Counted from the first letter of the stretch, positions 11,880-25,730 are shown. The stretch is DNA of 64,000 nt from Lytechinus pictus (GCF_037042905.1 NC_087251.1:36272001-36336000); one strand, 5' to 3'. The notes: a model not told the origin generated them from the letters alone. Made by a program: numbers and translations.

Positions 11880-14800
11880 ATGGATACAATTGGAAATTCA
11901 ACAATATGCCGAAAGAAAACATGCGAAGCTGAAGATGAGGAATGCTGGCCATGTCAAGATCTATGCAAGCCAAATGTTGTCTGTTTACAAGACTTTGAGG
12001 AATATGCAAAGAAGAACATGACGAAAGAAATATTCGATTACTATGCAGGTGGATCTGGTACTGAACAGAGTGTGAGAGATAACCAAGAGGCATTCAAACG
12101 GTGAGTAGACCGGGGAGTATAGACAGTAGACACTCATTTTTTCTTCATTTATTTCCTTTTTACCAACAAACAAGTTTGCCAGACACAGTCAGCACGGCCA
12201 GCAAAATTCCCATTGCATAGCCAGGGGCGGAAATCTCTCCCAAAAGGTAGGGGGGACACAGGGGCGGATCCAGCCTTCGCCAATAGGGGGGGGGGGGGCG
12301 GAAATTTGTTTCAGCCATATTTTCCCCGATCGGCAACTCGGAGATGATTTTTGTTTGTTTCTTTGAAGGGGTAGTCCTCATTAGTCACTTCTTATAAATT
12401 AATATATAATATCATAATCCTTATTTATATGATGCGAGCGCGAAGCGCGAGCTAATTTTTTTGGAAATTTTATGTATTTTTCCCTAAAATTTGAACTGAT
12501 TCTGGGCAATGTTTGTTATCCTGAAAAAGATGTGTATGCGACTTAATAATTATTACAAACGCAAAGCGCGAGCAGAAATGAACTGATGGAAAAGATACCT
12601 GTAATTATTAAAGTAGCATTTAAAAATCAAATAATGCGAGCGCGAAGCTCGAGCTGAATTTTTTTTACATTTTCACCTAAAGAATGGAAATTCTAAGCAC
12701 TTTTTGTAACTCAAGCAGAATAGGTATATAAGTAAACAATTAATGCGAGCGCGAAGCGCGAGCGGAAAATTTCGAGATTTAGTCCTATAATATTTACTGA
12801 ACGAGACACTCTATTCATGTTTTGTAAATCCTGAAAAGGATGAGTATTAATAATGCGAGTGCAAAGCGCGAGCAGAAAATTTTTATATAAGTTTTGAACC
12901 GGTACCTGTTGAAAGGGTACCTGTAAGGACTGCTTGCACTTAGCCATGAAGGCGTTACATATTTCAACAATGAAAAAATGCGAGCTGAAAATTTTTGAAC
13001 TTTCTAAAGAAAGAATGGAACATTTTAATCAGTTTTTGTGTAATCGTAAACAGGAGCTATATAATTTAACGATTGATGCGAGCGGGAAGCGCGAGCAGAA
13101 TTTTTTTCGAGATTTAGACCTAAAAATGGCCACTCTGTTCATGTTTTGCAAATCATCGAAAGGATGAGTAATATGGGGTCTTTCTACATTAATAATGCGA
13201 GCACAAAGCGCGAGCAGAAAAATTTTGATATTGTGATCTGAAACTGGATAATGAATTAAATTAGAGAACAAGTTGAGTATCTGAATAAACATGCGCGAGC
13301 GTGTTTCATATTTATCTAGGCATTCTATATACAACTTTAATCATGAAAATCATGAAACTTTGATATTCAGATCTGAAAAAAAGAGTAAATTTCAGCTTCA
13401 TATTTCAAGCACTTTGTAGAAAAATTGTAAGGTGGATAAGGATCGCACTTAAAAAAGAGCTGATATTATTACTTTGAGTTTTGAAATAGGACCGGGACAT
13501 CCTTACGACATGTCATCATATTAGACTATCCTCCTATTCCTCTTGCTAAGCGCGAGATGAAACAAAAGGGACAATTTAATTATTAAATTAATATATTTAT
13601 TAATGCCTAATGAGGGCGCGAAATCTGATGATATCATGGCATAAAAACTGGACATTTCACTTTTGTGATTATGAATAGGATGCATCAGGTAATATATTTT
13701 TAACCATTAATGCGAGCGCAAATCGCGAGCTTAAAGTTTTGATAAACTGTCATGAAAAGGGGATTTTAAGTAGTTTGTTGTATAATCAATATTGAAACAT
13801 TTATATAACTCGCCAATCAAAATGCGAGCGTGCAGCGCGCTAGCTGTTACGTCTTAACAATCAGACCTGTAAACTTTAGTGAATACACGAAAATAATAAG
13901 TACCTGATAAATCAAAATTTGCGAGCGCGCAGCGCAAGCAGCAAATGTTAACATTCAGACCATAAAACTAGCATTTTTACAGAGCACTTTTTAAAAACCA
14001 ATTTGTAAATTACACAAAATAATGAAAGTTCGATTTCCGAGGTGAAATATGTTTTGTATATTGACTTCCAAACTTGATATTCGAACTCCATATTGAACAA
14101 GATATGTAAATCACCTATCAGGCAATGCGAGCGCGAAGCGCGAGCGAAAATTTTATATAGTGGCACGAAAGATTCTTTTTATTTTCCAAGTCTTCCCCTC
14201 ATCTTAGTTTATGCTCTCGTCGTCCTCTTCTTTTTCTCCTCTCTTTTCCCTCCTTTTTCCTTCTTTCTTTTCCTTTTTTTTTCTCCACCAAGAGGGGTTG
14301 GGGGCGGACCCCTGGATCCGCCTATGGGGACAAGGGGCGGGAAAATTTGACAAGCAAAAAAAAAGGTTATCATCGCCAAAGTAAGGTCATCTCGTCCCAA
14401 AATACATGTTTTATTTCGATTTAGAATGATGTATTTCTTACCATCATAAAAGACAAAAAAATAATAGGGGGGACATTTGATATTGTGTACCCCCTACTAT
14501 TTTGAGTAGGGGGGCACGTCCCCCCTGTCCCCCCTGTCCCCCCTGGGATTTCCGCCCATGTGCATAGCCAATAGTACGTATGAAAATACTGAAATAGACT
14601 AAGGGGTACGTGTTGCAAGAAAACATTTGCAATCAATTACAAAATTTCAGTTGCAAATCTACAAGTGATAGATCAATCACGAGTAGATTCACTCTTGTCG
14701 ATGTAAATAAAGAGCAGACCTGTAATAAATTGATGTCGGGTCCTAAAATTGACTTGCAGTCAATGGAAAGTAATTCTTGCAACATCCCGTACCGTAAGAG

Positions 14801-17800
14801 TAGGTCTTTATACATAAATTTTGTGGGTAATTTTTTTTTTCATTTGTGGGGGCCGAAGTGCGTTTTTACATTTGTGGGTGTATCATTCTCCCGGGAGAGG
14901 AGTATATATTTATGTCAATTTTGGTTTATGTAATTGTGAAATAAAAAAAAAATGTTAACGACATTGCTACCAAACTAAAGTGAAAAAGAGGAAAATCATT
15001 AAGTTATACTTATCGACGTTGACGAATAGTCCTATAAGTGTATGGAAAAGGCAAGCAAGGCGATGTTGCGATATGCCCCCTATTATATCTAATACATCTC
15101 TATACTATGGTTATTAAGTCTGAAAATGTTTTAACGCGTACGAATATCATGTTAATTACCGGGAAATTTGATTCACAAGCTATTTTTTTCTCAAGGTTTT
15201 ATCCACAATACAACATTTAAGTTACATGATCATACAAAAATATAGTTATTCAACTATTCAAAGTATGTGTTTTGAATTGTATTTTTCATTTGAGATGTAG
15301 AAATTTTATTTAATTTGCTGTGAAAATAAATTAAAAACACAAAGCGTCGGTTATTGGAATAAATCAAATTTTTAGTTCAGATAGATATATGTATAAATCA
15401 CATTTTATAATTCAGATATTGACTAAAGAGTGACTTAACTCTATGATGAACGAGGGGTCGTAATATGGGAAAAGAGATGCTATGAAAAATGATTAATGAA
15501 ACGGGACCCAGAAGTGTTTTATAGCGGATCCTCTACCGATAGTGACTGTGTAATAGCTGATCATTACGTCCTATATTTTCATTAGTTTTCAACCAAGGCG
15601 CAAATTGTTCATCTCGGATGTTAATATTGAACTCCTGAAACAACATACTTTGGACCTTTTAGAAAATTAAACATCTTTGTTACAGCTGTTCATCCCATGG
15701 CGGAGGGGAGGGGTGTTCCAAAGAATTGTAAATATGCACAACCAAAGTAAGCAGAATCTATTGTGTGGACAGAAAAATATTAAGCAATTATACGTGATGC
15801 TTAATTAAATACACGATAATGATAATACATGTATTATATGTATATAATACATGGGAAGCGCGTTTTATGAAAGGACTTGTCGGTAAGAATGAAAGAAATG
15901 CACAAAATGGAAGGTGTGTAGATTATCATAAACATTCGGCATTGGTAAATTCTTATCTGTTTTCTTAGTTTTAAAGATATGGAATCGAATTCCCAAAATC
16001 CTTCAATATCCAAAGTCCTGATTTTCATTACTAATGGTAACCTGAGTAACCAAAGTTAGGTCTACATGCTGTGAAATCTTGTGAGAGAATGGAACAATAC
16101 ACGTACGAGGGACCGAAGCGATAATCTCCTGAAATTATGGCATTTTAAACACTCCAATGCTTCTTGTCGGATTATTCTTCATTCCCCCTTTCATAATTCA
16201 TATTTTTCATAATTGATATCTTTATATCCTGATCACAGAATTCGTTTACAATCGTATATTCTACGAGATGTGTCATCGAGGGATATATCCACCACCATCC
16301 TGGGACAGAAGGTACCCTTCCCCTTTGCCATCGCCCCTACAGCTATGCAGAAGATGGCCCACCCAGAAGGAGAAGTGGCCATGGCGAGAGGTAAAATCGG
16401 TGATGTTGCTAATATAGGGAGATTTCGCTTCCACGACACACAACCAATTCCAGAACACAATGAATATAATTAAAATTGCCCGTCAAATGACAATGATCAG
16501 CTACGAGGCTAGGAAGGTCTTTGTCGAAAACTGGTAACCCGGAACAGCAGTGTCATCCTAAGTCCCGGAGCTGACGAAAAATTGCAATCGTCTCCCGAGT
16601 CCAGGATGAAACTGCCGTGTTGATTCGTAAATTTTCGACAAAGACTTCTTGATTGTTCATTGTCATGAAGGGCATTTGACAAAAATTGTCTATGTTCTTG
16701 AATCCGTCGAAAGTCAACAGTCCCAAAATGATGCAGTCACACCAACGAAACAAACTCCTAAACGACCGATGGTATGTCGTGGGTAATAACGTATCAATTG
16801 GTCGAGCTGCGTGGACTCTTGAGTAGCTAGTTTTCACGGTGAATCACCGGTGTGACTGTCGCATGAGATTTGGAAAAAATAGAAATTTGAAGGTAGGGCC
16901 TACAAAGCCATCGGGTTTATGTTTAATCGGAATTAAAGAGAAAAGTACATGTATGATACAAAGGAAAAAAATGCATCTCTAATCAATTTCATGGCATCGT
17001 ACTATTTATATTTGGTGCACGTACCATTCCTTCCCCTGAAAACCCATTCTCCAAACATCATGATATGAAATCGGGAAAAGGTCGTAGGCCTTTCACCTCG
17101 ATCCATATGACATTTTCACGAAGGTGACCTTCAATGCTTCATCTGGTTGTGAGGTAAATAAAACTTCTCCAACTCTTTCATGAACCCACTGTCATACGTC
17201 TATGTACTATTTAGTGACTTTGTCACCAGATTTTTTGTCACTGCTAGACATCGTTCAGGTACTTCCGGAGAATTACTCTTCTGTAATTCCTGTTTTTAAA
17301 ACCTTGCTATAGCCGCCACAGCCATGGGAACCGGCATGGTTTTGAGTGCTTGGACAACGTGTACAATAGAGGAAGTAGCAGAAGCATCAGGTGATGGACT
17401 GCGCTGGTTCCACGTGCACATCTTCAGGGACAGGTCAATTACGAGGAAGATCATTGAACGGGCGGAGAGGGCGGGCTACAAGGCTATCTTCGTTTCTGGT
17501 GACACACCTGTCCTGGGAAGGAGGCTTCGAGCGTTGAGGAGTGAATTCGCGTTACCATCCAAATTCAGGTACAAACTACTACATTGAGATCTTTCTATTT
17601 TAGATCAGAGTTTGATTACTGGGTGATAATACCTAGATTACTCATTGTAGGCCTATCAGGTACGGTTAGTTTAATGTTTCTTCTTTTCTTAGTTGCTGTT
17701 AAATCGCAGAAGGGTAGTCTAGATATTTGTAGCAACTAAATAGTCACATTACGGGATGTTGTAATTCTCTTTTAAAAAATCCCTTTTAATGTCAATTACT

Positions 17801-20800
17801 TAACTAATAATGTTCTGTGGCTTAGTCAATATAATAACGCAGATATTTGCAATAAGTTTTAGCTAAATTCTAAGGGTGGTGTAATTCTTTTCATTAACTC
17901 GGATCCAAAAGGCGAATTAGCCTTATATTCCAAGTATATTTACTCTAAGTTTGACTCGATTCCTGGCAGATTACAGAGCTTTCCAACGCAGTTGGAGATT
18001 GAGGATGGGGCAGATAATGACTCCTTCCCGCAATACGTGGACACCCAAATCGATGATGCCGTTAGCTGGGACGACATAGAGTGGGTCAGAAGCATCTCGT
18101 CACTGCCAATTGTCGTTAAAGGCATTCTTACAGGTACACTGTAATATATCTTCAACTTTTCAGAGGATATGTAGGTGTGTTAAAGCACGGACATACAGAG
18201 CAGTAGGTCCAATGACGGAACGAACGTCTCGATAGAACTGTGTTTAACTTTAACATAATCAAGTATCACTGCGCATCCTGCCTGAGTTTCTTGTCACATG
18301 TCTAAGATCAAATGTCATTTATGTTCAATGAACTTAGAATTTTATTTTCATGTGAATTACGTTTTTTTTTAATAGGCCTAATCATCAATCTTCGTTGTTT
18401 CCAAAGTCAGCACTGCTGCTATATCGAATCGCGTAATTCAGGCGAGACTGAGACTGTCATAGGTGTTCCACTTTTTATCTGGCTCCCAAAGTCAGGAAGG
18501 GTACCGTTCTGAAGTCTTGAGTCGCTTTTAATACTATACAGAAGATCTTCTTTTTTTAATGAATGGTACACTCGGTTGTAATTCATTGTTATTGTAGACC
18601 TCAATCGCCTTGAGATTATACGATTCAAATCGAAATATAGGCCTACCATTATTCGATATTAACTTTGAATTATTATTTTTTCTTTAGCTGCTGATGCCCG
18701 AGAAGCAGTATCGCGTGGTGTAGCGGGTATATGCGTCTCGAATCACGGAGGTAGACAATTAGATGGAGTTCCTGCATCGGTAATGTCACACCAAACCATG
18801 CCCAACTCCTTATTCTTCTCCCCCCCCCTCCCCACTACTTGTCTTTCTATGTCGTAACCAACTTCTTTTTCTCTCCTTTTCTTATATCTTTAAAAAAAAA
18901 ATTCTATTTATTTTTTAACACTCTCTTTTCTCCCCCCCCCCCCTCTCTCTCTGTCTCTCTTTCTCCCTTTTCATTGTTGGGATTACTTACATCCTGTGCA
19001 TTGCGACATGGGGGGGGGGGGGCAAAGTATTACTATAGGGGGCAAGTCGATAGGGGCGGGCGTCTTATCGGCTTGCCCCCTATAATAGCACCGTCCCTGC
19101 TTTGTGAGAAGTACCACGTACGGAAATAAAATAAAAGTTAGAAATCGAGTGAAACGAAGACTGCATGCGCTATAGGTTTCCTAAAGGGGCTGTTTCGAGA
19201 GAAATAACATCTTGCCAAATGCCAAATACAAATCATAAGTAACGGGACACAGTTTAGCTATAATTCTTTTTATAACCAAAACCCACTTTACAGTTAGCGT
19301 TCCTTAGGCCTAGAAGTAAATGATAACTGCATATGCGCTAGGTTTCCTAAAGGGGTGTTTCTAGAGAAATAACATCTTGCCAAATGCCAAATACAAATCA
19401 TAAGTAACGGGACACAGTTTTTATTCATCAAGACTTGTATTAATATCCACCTTTCCTGGACAATACAATCCTTACAAGGAAAAAAATATTTCCCCAAACA
19501 TCCAATCATTGGGCTATTCCTTTCTCTTACTTGTCTCTAAACTCTTCGCACTTTCAGATCGATGTCCTAGAGGAGGTTGTGGATGCTGTTCGAGGATCCA
19601 GTATGGAAGTATTCTTTGATGGCGGTATTCGATCCGGAAATGATATCCTCAAAGCTCTGGCACTAGGAGCCCGAGCTGCATTCATAGGTCGACCGGCTCT
19701 CTGGGCTCTTAATTATGATGTAAGTTGTTGTTCTTATTTCCGTAAGATAAAACTAAATCATAATCAATTCATTTAATTTAACATTTGCATTAAAAAACGA
19801 ATACATGTACATAAGATTGTAACAGCAAACATAAGTTCACACATGACAAGAATATAGAGAAATACAAATGTGTGCCATAGGCCTATCAAAGGTCTATCAA
19901 ATCATGGACAGTTGCATAATATTACAGATTAAAAGTACACAAATAAAGTAAAATTACGACTGGTAGACAGTGGTAGTATATTTTCATCTTGGTTGGTATG
20001 CAAATGAGGAGACTGATGACATCATCCACTCACTATTTCTTTTGTATTTTATTGTATGAAATATTCTAATTTTCTCCTCATTGTCAAGTAAAACAGTGAT
20101 TAATTCTTCCCTGAACATGTGGAATTAGCACTGTTTAATACTATATGATTCAGTCAAGTCAGTCCCTATGGTCGAATCTGTAAAAAATGAAATATTGTCT
20201 AATTCAAAAAAATTTCAGTGTTATGCTTGTTGGATTGATCTCTTTTTATTAAAATCAGTTTTTTGTTGGGGTGGACTTGTCCTTTAAAATCAAGTCCATT
20301 ACAACTTGGGCCCCATTTCGTAGACTAATACGATTATGGTGACTTTGATTGGGTGTTGAGTCATGTTACCTTGGTAGTTACCATAATGGAAAAGTTGCCA
20401 TAATATTATTAAACAGGTCCCCTTAAGTTGATTTGAATAAAAAGCATAAAAAAAACATATCAATTTTGTGTTGAAATAAAGTTGTGTGAGTGATATGTTA
20501 AACTTTCACTTGATTCCACATAAATGACACGCACAACACAGATGACCTTGCTAGGGGCCGCGGAACGGTTTTTGAAAGTGCGGGGGCTAAGCCGAAAATG
20601 TGTGCGTGTGTGTGTGTGTGTGTGGGGGGGTGATCATGCAAAAAATCATAATCATTTTCGTTTTTGTGCACGGTTTCGGGGGAGCCCCCGTTTCCGGGGC
20701 CCCGGATGATATGCAAGGAGAGAACAGATGGGACCACAAACTTGATATTTGTTTTGTATTTGGTTTTATGGATAACATTTTTCATATTTTTAAAATGAGC

Positions 20801-22672
20801 CAAAAAGTTATAATGCTGATTCCAATTGTTTAAGGTTAGGTCAGACTGTGTCTTTTATTGGATGCGGAAAGAATCGAATACTTTATATTTCATATAATAA
20901 AATACACAAAAGTGTGAAATCCATCGCTTCCCTTTCCTATTTTGCACCAGATTTTGTTTTTACAATCAAAACAAAAATAGGATATTAACCCGCTCACATC
21001 TCGAGAGGAAAGGTGTATAATGATTTAAGAAAGGAAGGTATGCGGAAAACGATTACACTTTATTATCCAAGATTTAAGGTAATAATGTAACAAATAGTGT
21101 GCCAAGATTCGTACAAGAACCCTGAGAAAATATCTTCCTGTTATCATAGTTATGCGTCTGAAGATCATAGAAGCCAGACAGGTTCATTTTCAATATTGGA
21201 TCCTTGACCACAGAAACCTGAACTCAGAAATCAGAATTAAACTGATTTTTAAAGATAAAAATTGCAAGTGAAATGTTTGAATATCATTTTACTTTTTTTT
21301 TTAATTATTCCAAATATTTCAGGGGACTGCAGGAGTCTGTAAAATGCTGGAAATTCTTAAAAAAGAATTTAGCGTTGCCATGGCTTTGACAGGTAAGAAA
21401 GATAGACTGCGATGCGTGAGTCATAAAGAATATCTTCCAATGTTTAATCGTAAATAATGTAATGATAATTGTAACTAAGAATAAATAGCAAACAATATTT
21501 GACTGACACCAATACTATTCCTTTCATTTCATTATTTCTGGTGTTTGCGATGATGTCTTTTTCTTAGTAACTTCTTGTCTTTTCTGTTCTGTTTGGGAAA
21601 AAAGATGAACAAATTGGGACTTAATGCTTTAAATATTACTAGACTTACTTGGTATAAGGCAGTGCTGCTTCCAGCTTGAAGAAAATATGTTGAGAAATTC
21701 ATTTTTTTTCGTTAGAATTTTTTTTTGGGGCAGTATGATTCCTTTTTTTTTTACACGAGGTTGGCAGCTCTGTCATAATGGGTCAAGAACATGATTTGTG
21801 CGGCAAAACATGACTTATGTGAGAAGAATATGACTTATGGGGCAAAACATGACTTACAGGGCAAGAACATGACTAACTCTTACTGGACAAGAACATGACT
21901 TATGGGACAAGAACATCACTCATGGGACAAGAACATCACTCGTGGGGCGAGAATATGACCTATGGGGCAAGGACATGACTTACTGGGCAAGAACCTGACT
22001 TATTGGGCAAAATCGTGACTTACGGGGCAAGAACATTACTTATGGGGCAAAAACATGATCTATGGGGCAAAAACTAGACCAATTGGGCGTTGCAAGAAAA
22101 TTAAGTTCAATTACGAATAAAGCATAAGTTTTAAAAAAAATCAAAAGTAAATCATTTGATTAAACGCAAATTTGTTTGAGTTCAATTGCAACACAGCTTT
22201 TCTGTATATAGCCCAATTACGCATGATTTTCGGACTTACGCTTGATTTAATTAGAAATTGAACGTGTCTTTCACCTCCCAATTACACACAGTAAAAAGGC
22301 TGTTTTTTTTATACAATGCTGATATGTGAACCTTATACGGTAGTTTAAACGGTTTAAACAAGTGTTCAAAATCTTAAACAACAATGTTTAACTTTTGATA
22401 TTTTATTCTCGATAAATTAAGCATGGTCGTTTAAACAGATAAACAACTACTGTAAAGTTCAAATTGTAAAATAGTAAAAAACAACGTTTTTACTGTATAA
22501 CATCCTTCATATTGTTTTAGGCCAATGAGCTTGACGTTTTTCAATGACGTAAGAGTTTCTTCGTACACCGTTTTGTCAAAACTGAATCTGTTTGTTTTCT
22601 ACAGGTTCACTTAGTGTTGCTGACGTAACAAAAGACTTGCTGAGGAGGCAAATCATTTACGCCAAGCTATGA
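11880..22672 (+). CDS. Second, divergent 2-hydroxyacid oxidase (HAO1-like tandem paralog), complete, 8 exons, 394 aa
   Basis: Exons 11880-12100, 16239-16390, 17313-17568, 17970-18133, 18688-18779, 19558-19719, 21323-21392 and 22605-22672 are all GT-AG and sum to 1185 nt in frame. Motifs: [50 protein letters not shown]. Ends in PTS1 AKL. Exon sizes 92/162/70 match the upstream copy. Confidence 0.93.
12222..14560. mobile_element. hAT-like MITE (outer member of a nest) in intron 1 of the second HAO gene
   Basis: TIR caggggcggaaatc / gatttccgcccatg with 8-bp TSD tgcatagc (12214-12221 and 14561-14568). Confidence 0.85.
12259..14326. mobile_element. ~2.1-kb hAT-like non-autonomous element nested in 12222-14560
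   Basis: TIR caggggcggatccag / ctggatccgcctatg flanked by (g)nACA on both sides, with many internal gcgagcgcgaagcgcgagc motifs. An inverted copy of the same family lies at 35620-38927. Confidence 0.82.
16414..16730. mobile_element. Palindromic MITE-like repeat family (other copies at ~48310-48580 and ~31950-32060)
   Basis: Shared blocks ttgcccgtcaaatgacaa, ctttgtcgaaaa and ggaacagcag, together with their reverse complements, occur at all three loci. Confidence 0.55.
21778..22075. repeat. Minisatellite, ~21-bp unit gggcaagaacatgacttat
   Basis: About 14 degenerate tandem copies in intron 7 of the second HAO gene. Confidence 0.85.
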
Positions 22673-25484
22673 GGATTCGATTGCCAGCACACATTCATCA
22701 TAAAAATATACGCTAGAAAAGATTGAACAAAACGATAATATTATACGAGTTGATGAACATTATTGTGTCCCACAATAGGATTAATCTCAAGATGTACCTA
22801 CCTATTGATTGGCTAAAACCTTTCGGAATATTTAATTGGTTTTCTGCAGTTTTGACAAACATTTGAGCAGTCAAATTTTTTGGAATGTATGAAATCGTTT
22901 ATTTTTTTTGTAATTTACTTCAGTGATTCCTGAAATAAATAATTACAGATACATGAATGATTCTATACTATGCATTGACACGTTCATTCGTATTATTTCT
23001 ATTCACAGCCCAAGAATTTACTTTTAATTACATTACATTTTGAGAATTTAGATTAGCAATTTTAGCTACGATCATATTTTGTTGAATTGTCTTTATTCAC
23101 TTTACTTTGTACATGTACAGTGAAAGTCATATCATGGACTTGGGTTATTTTTTCATTTTCAATTAATTGCAGATGTTAATTGTAGACTTTTAATTGATGC
23201 TAATTGTAGCAGAGGGATATTGATGCTAATTATTTTCACCTTCATTGAATGAAATAATCATTTAATAATAGTAATTACTCAGTCATATAGTAATAGTTAC
23301 ATTTATGTAGCGTTTAATACTTTGTTTCTAAGCGTTTTCCATTATACTTATTATTAACCCGGTCATGCCCGCACACAATGTATGCACTTTCTCCACTCCC
23401 TGGGGAGCATTCCAACAAGAGTTCCAAGACTCAATTTAAATCGCCATGATAAATCATGTTCGAAAGACCAGGGCAAGAGTTGAATACTCATCATGCCAAT
23501 GTAGGCCTACCAACAATCTGGATATCCAAAGGTTATGATGTCCATCACGGAGGTACATCCGCTCGAGCTTTCTATTCATTAGGGGGTGTGGCGCTTTGTA
23601 TTATTACGTAATATCCCACAGATGAATAGCAATTTCTGCGGATCGACATCACTGGTGTCCATTTTCATAACGAATGCAGTGTGAGATTTATGTCGAATAC
23701 TATTTAGAGGGAGATTTCCAGGGCCATGGGGATCTCGCTTGCCTTTCAAGTTCTAAAATTTGCCACTCTCCACTCAGGTGTAGATAAATAAGTACCCGGT
23801 AGAAAGAAATTCTTTGAATGCTTGAGTGTTAAGACAGACCAGTTGAAACCAGAGTAATATAACATTAAATAGCGCCCACTGGGGGAACAGTTTTAGGAAC
23901 TGAAATTGGTGCCTGGGTAAATATGATTTAGTTTTTAGTATTGTGAAACGAGGTTTTATGATGGTATCTTAATCAAATTATTTACATTTATTACATTGTG
24001 TACATCCACACCCTTATACAATCAACATGATTAACATGGGATCCAAGTATGATTGTACTGTGGTAAAACCGTAATGTTTTTACCACATATTTAGGGCAAC
24101 TTCTTATAGCATCAGGAGCCATTCATTGTATAATATGTATCTGCAAGTGTACCCCGCCACAAGCTTTTGCCTTTAGGCCCACGCCTTAATTGTAAAGATA
24201 TCATGTATTTGTTTTTAACTACAATTGATTTTGTATGACTTTATGTTTTGAAAGAAATGATAAATTTGTGAAATGGAAGAAAAGAAAATGTTTATACTGT
24301 GAAAATTAAAAAAATGAAATCGTTCAATCTAATGTGAGTTTGAATGTCAACTAATCTAAAGTAGATATTAAACTTGTGTATGATTTTCTTTAAAATTTAC
24401 TTTCTATTTCCTGAAATTTCTTAAAATTGTATTTCTGAAACTAGTGACGAGACCCAGGAATATCCTTTGTCAATCGACATTTTAATATTGTATACGCCAT
24501 TAATCATTCTAAGGTTCTTTGCTTAAAGGGGTACGCCAGGCTGAAAATTACTAGTATGTTATTCAAACAAATTATCATAAAAAAATAAAAATAAACATAC
24601 ACTGAAAATGTCATCAAAATAGGAAAAGGAATAAACAAATTATATTTTTTTTTAAGTTTACATTATTTCGTTGAAACAGTTATATGCATTTCCTCATGAA
24701 TATGCAATGTGCGAGTTCATGACGTCATATCCCCTCTTAACGGTATTCACTTTTATTGTATGATATAAAAGTAGGTGTATTCACAATTTGTCTTTGTAGA
24801 ATGTAGAAATAGGATTGACTACTGATTAACGTTGTGAGCTAATTACTGTTGAAACTTACTTCATTACAAGACATGTTTTTACGCACACGAAAATTAATTA
24901 ATCATGATTTCATGAGATGAAATGGGGAAAAAAGGGAAGTGGGGACATCAGCCCATTTATCGCGTATTTCCTGACGGCACGCAAGCAACTGTTTTTAACG
25001 AAACCTTGCCGCACTTTAAACTTCGATAACTTCATTGTTTTTCATTGGAGTTTGATGCAATTTTCAGTGTTGATCTTAAATAATTTTACTCTATTCATTT
25101 ACACATTATTTTCAGCCTGATGGACTCCCTTAAGAAAGTTATCTTCGATTTGTTAGTTTATATCGAGTGAGAAGATCACCTATGCCTAATTTCAGTAACG
25201 AGAACCCCATTTGTGCCCCTTGCCACAGAAAAAAAGCCCTAAATGTTTTTTTTTTTCAGTGTATATTCTGCAAAGTTTTGTTGCACGAGGAATATTAAGA
25301 TATATTTTATGACGTAAGGACTTTTTAATCATTTAAACATTCCAATGATGGTATAACTTCGTTGACACACATACACACACGCACACACCCACATTATTGT
25401 ACACGCACATATTCACCCACACACCCACCCTCATGTAGGGCCTACACTATTTCGCCGTAACCAGCGATATTTAAGGGATGCATA

Positions 25485-25730
25485 CACTGTAAAAAAAATG
25501 TGGTGTTGAAACTGACACCAGTTGGTGTTAATAGAGGACCACACCCTGATGTGTAACTTAAAGTTACACACTAGAGATTAAATATAACACTGAAGAGTGT
25601 AAATGTAACTACCAAAGGTGTTGTAATAACACCTATAGGTGTTAAACTAACACTGTCAATTTTAACACTGGTGTAAAATAATGGTGTGGTCCTCTATGTA
25701 CGCCTGTTAACACCACAGTTTTTGCATGTG
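25485..25730. mobile_element. CACTA/EnSpm-like MITE; inverted copy at 54082-54346
   Basis: CAC...GTG termini with inverted arms. The TSD is 2 bp: TA here and CA at the 54082-54346 copy. Confidence 0.75.

Noticed and set aside
21778..22075. CRISPR-like appearance of short regular repeats (also 53310-54490)
   Set aside because: There are no unique spacers and no cas genes, and the context is eukaryotic intronic or intergenic DNA. These are minisatellite and foldback repeats.
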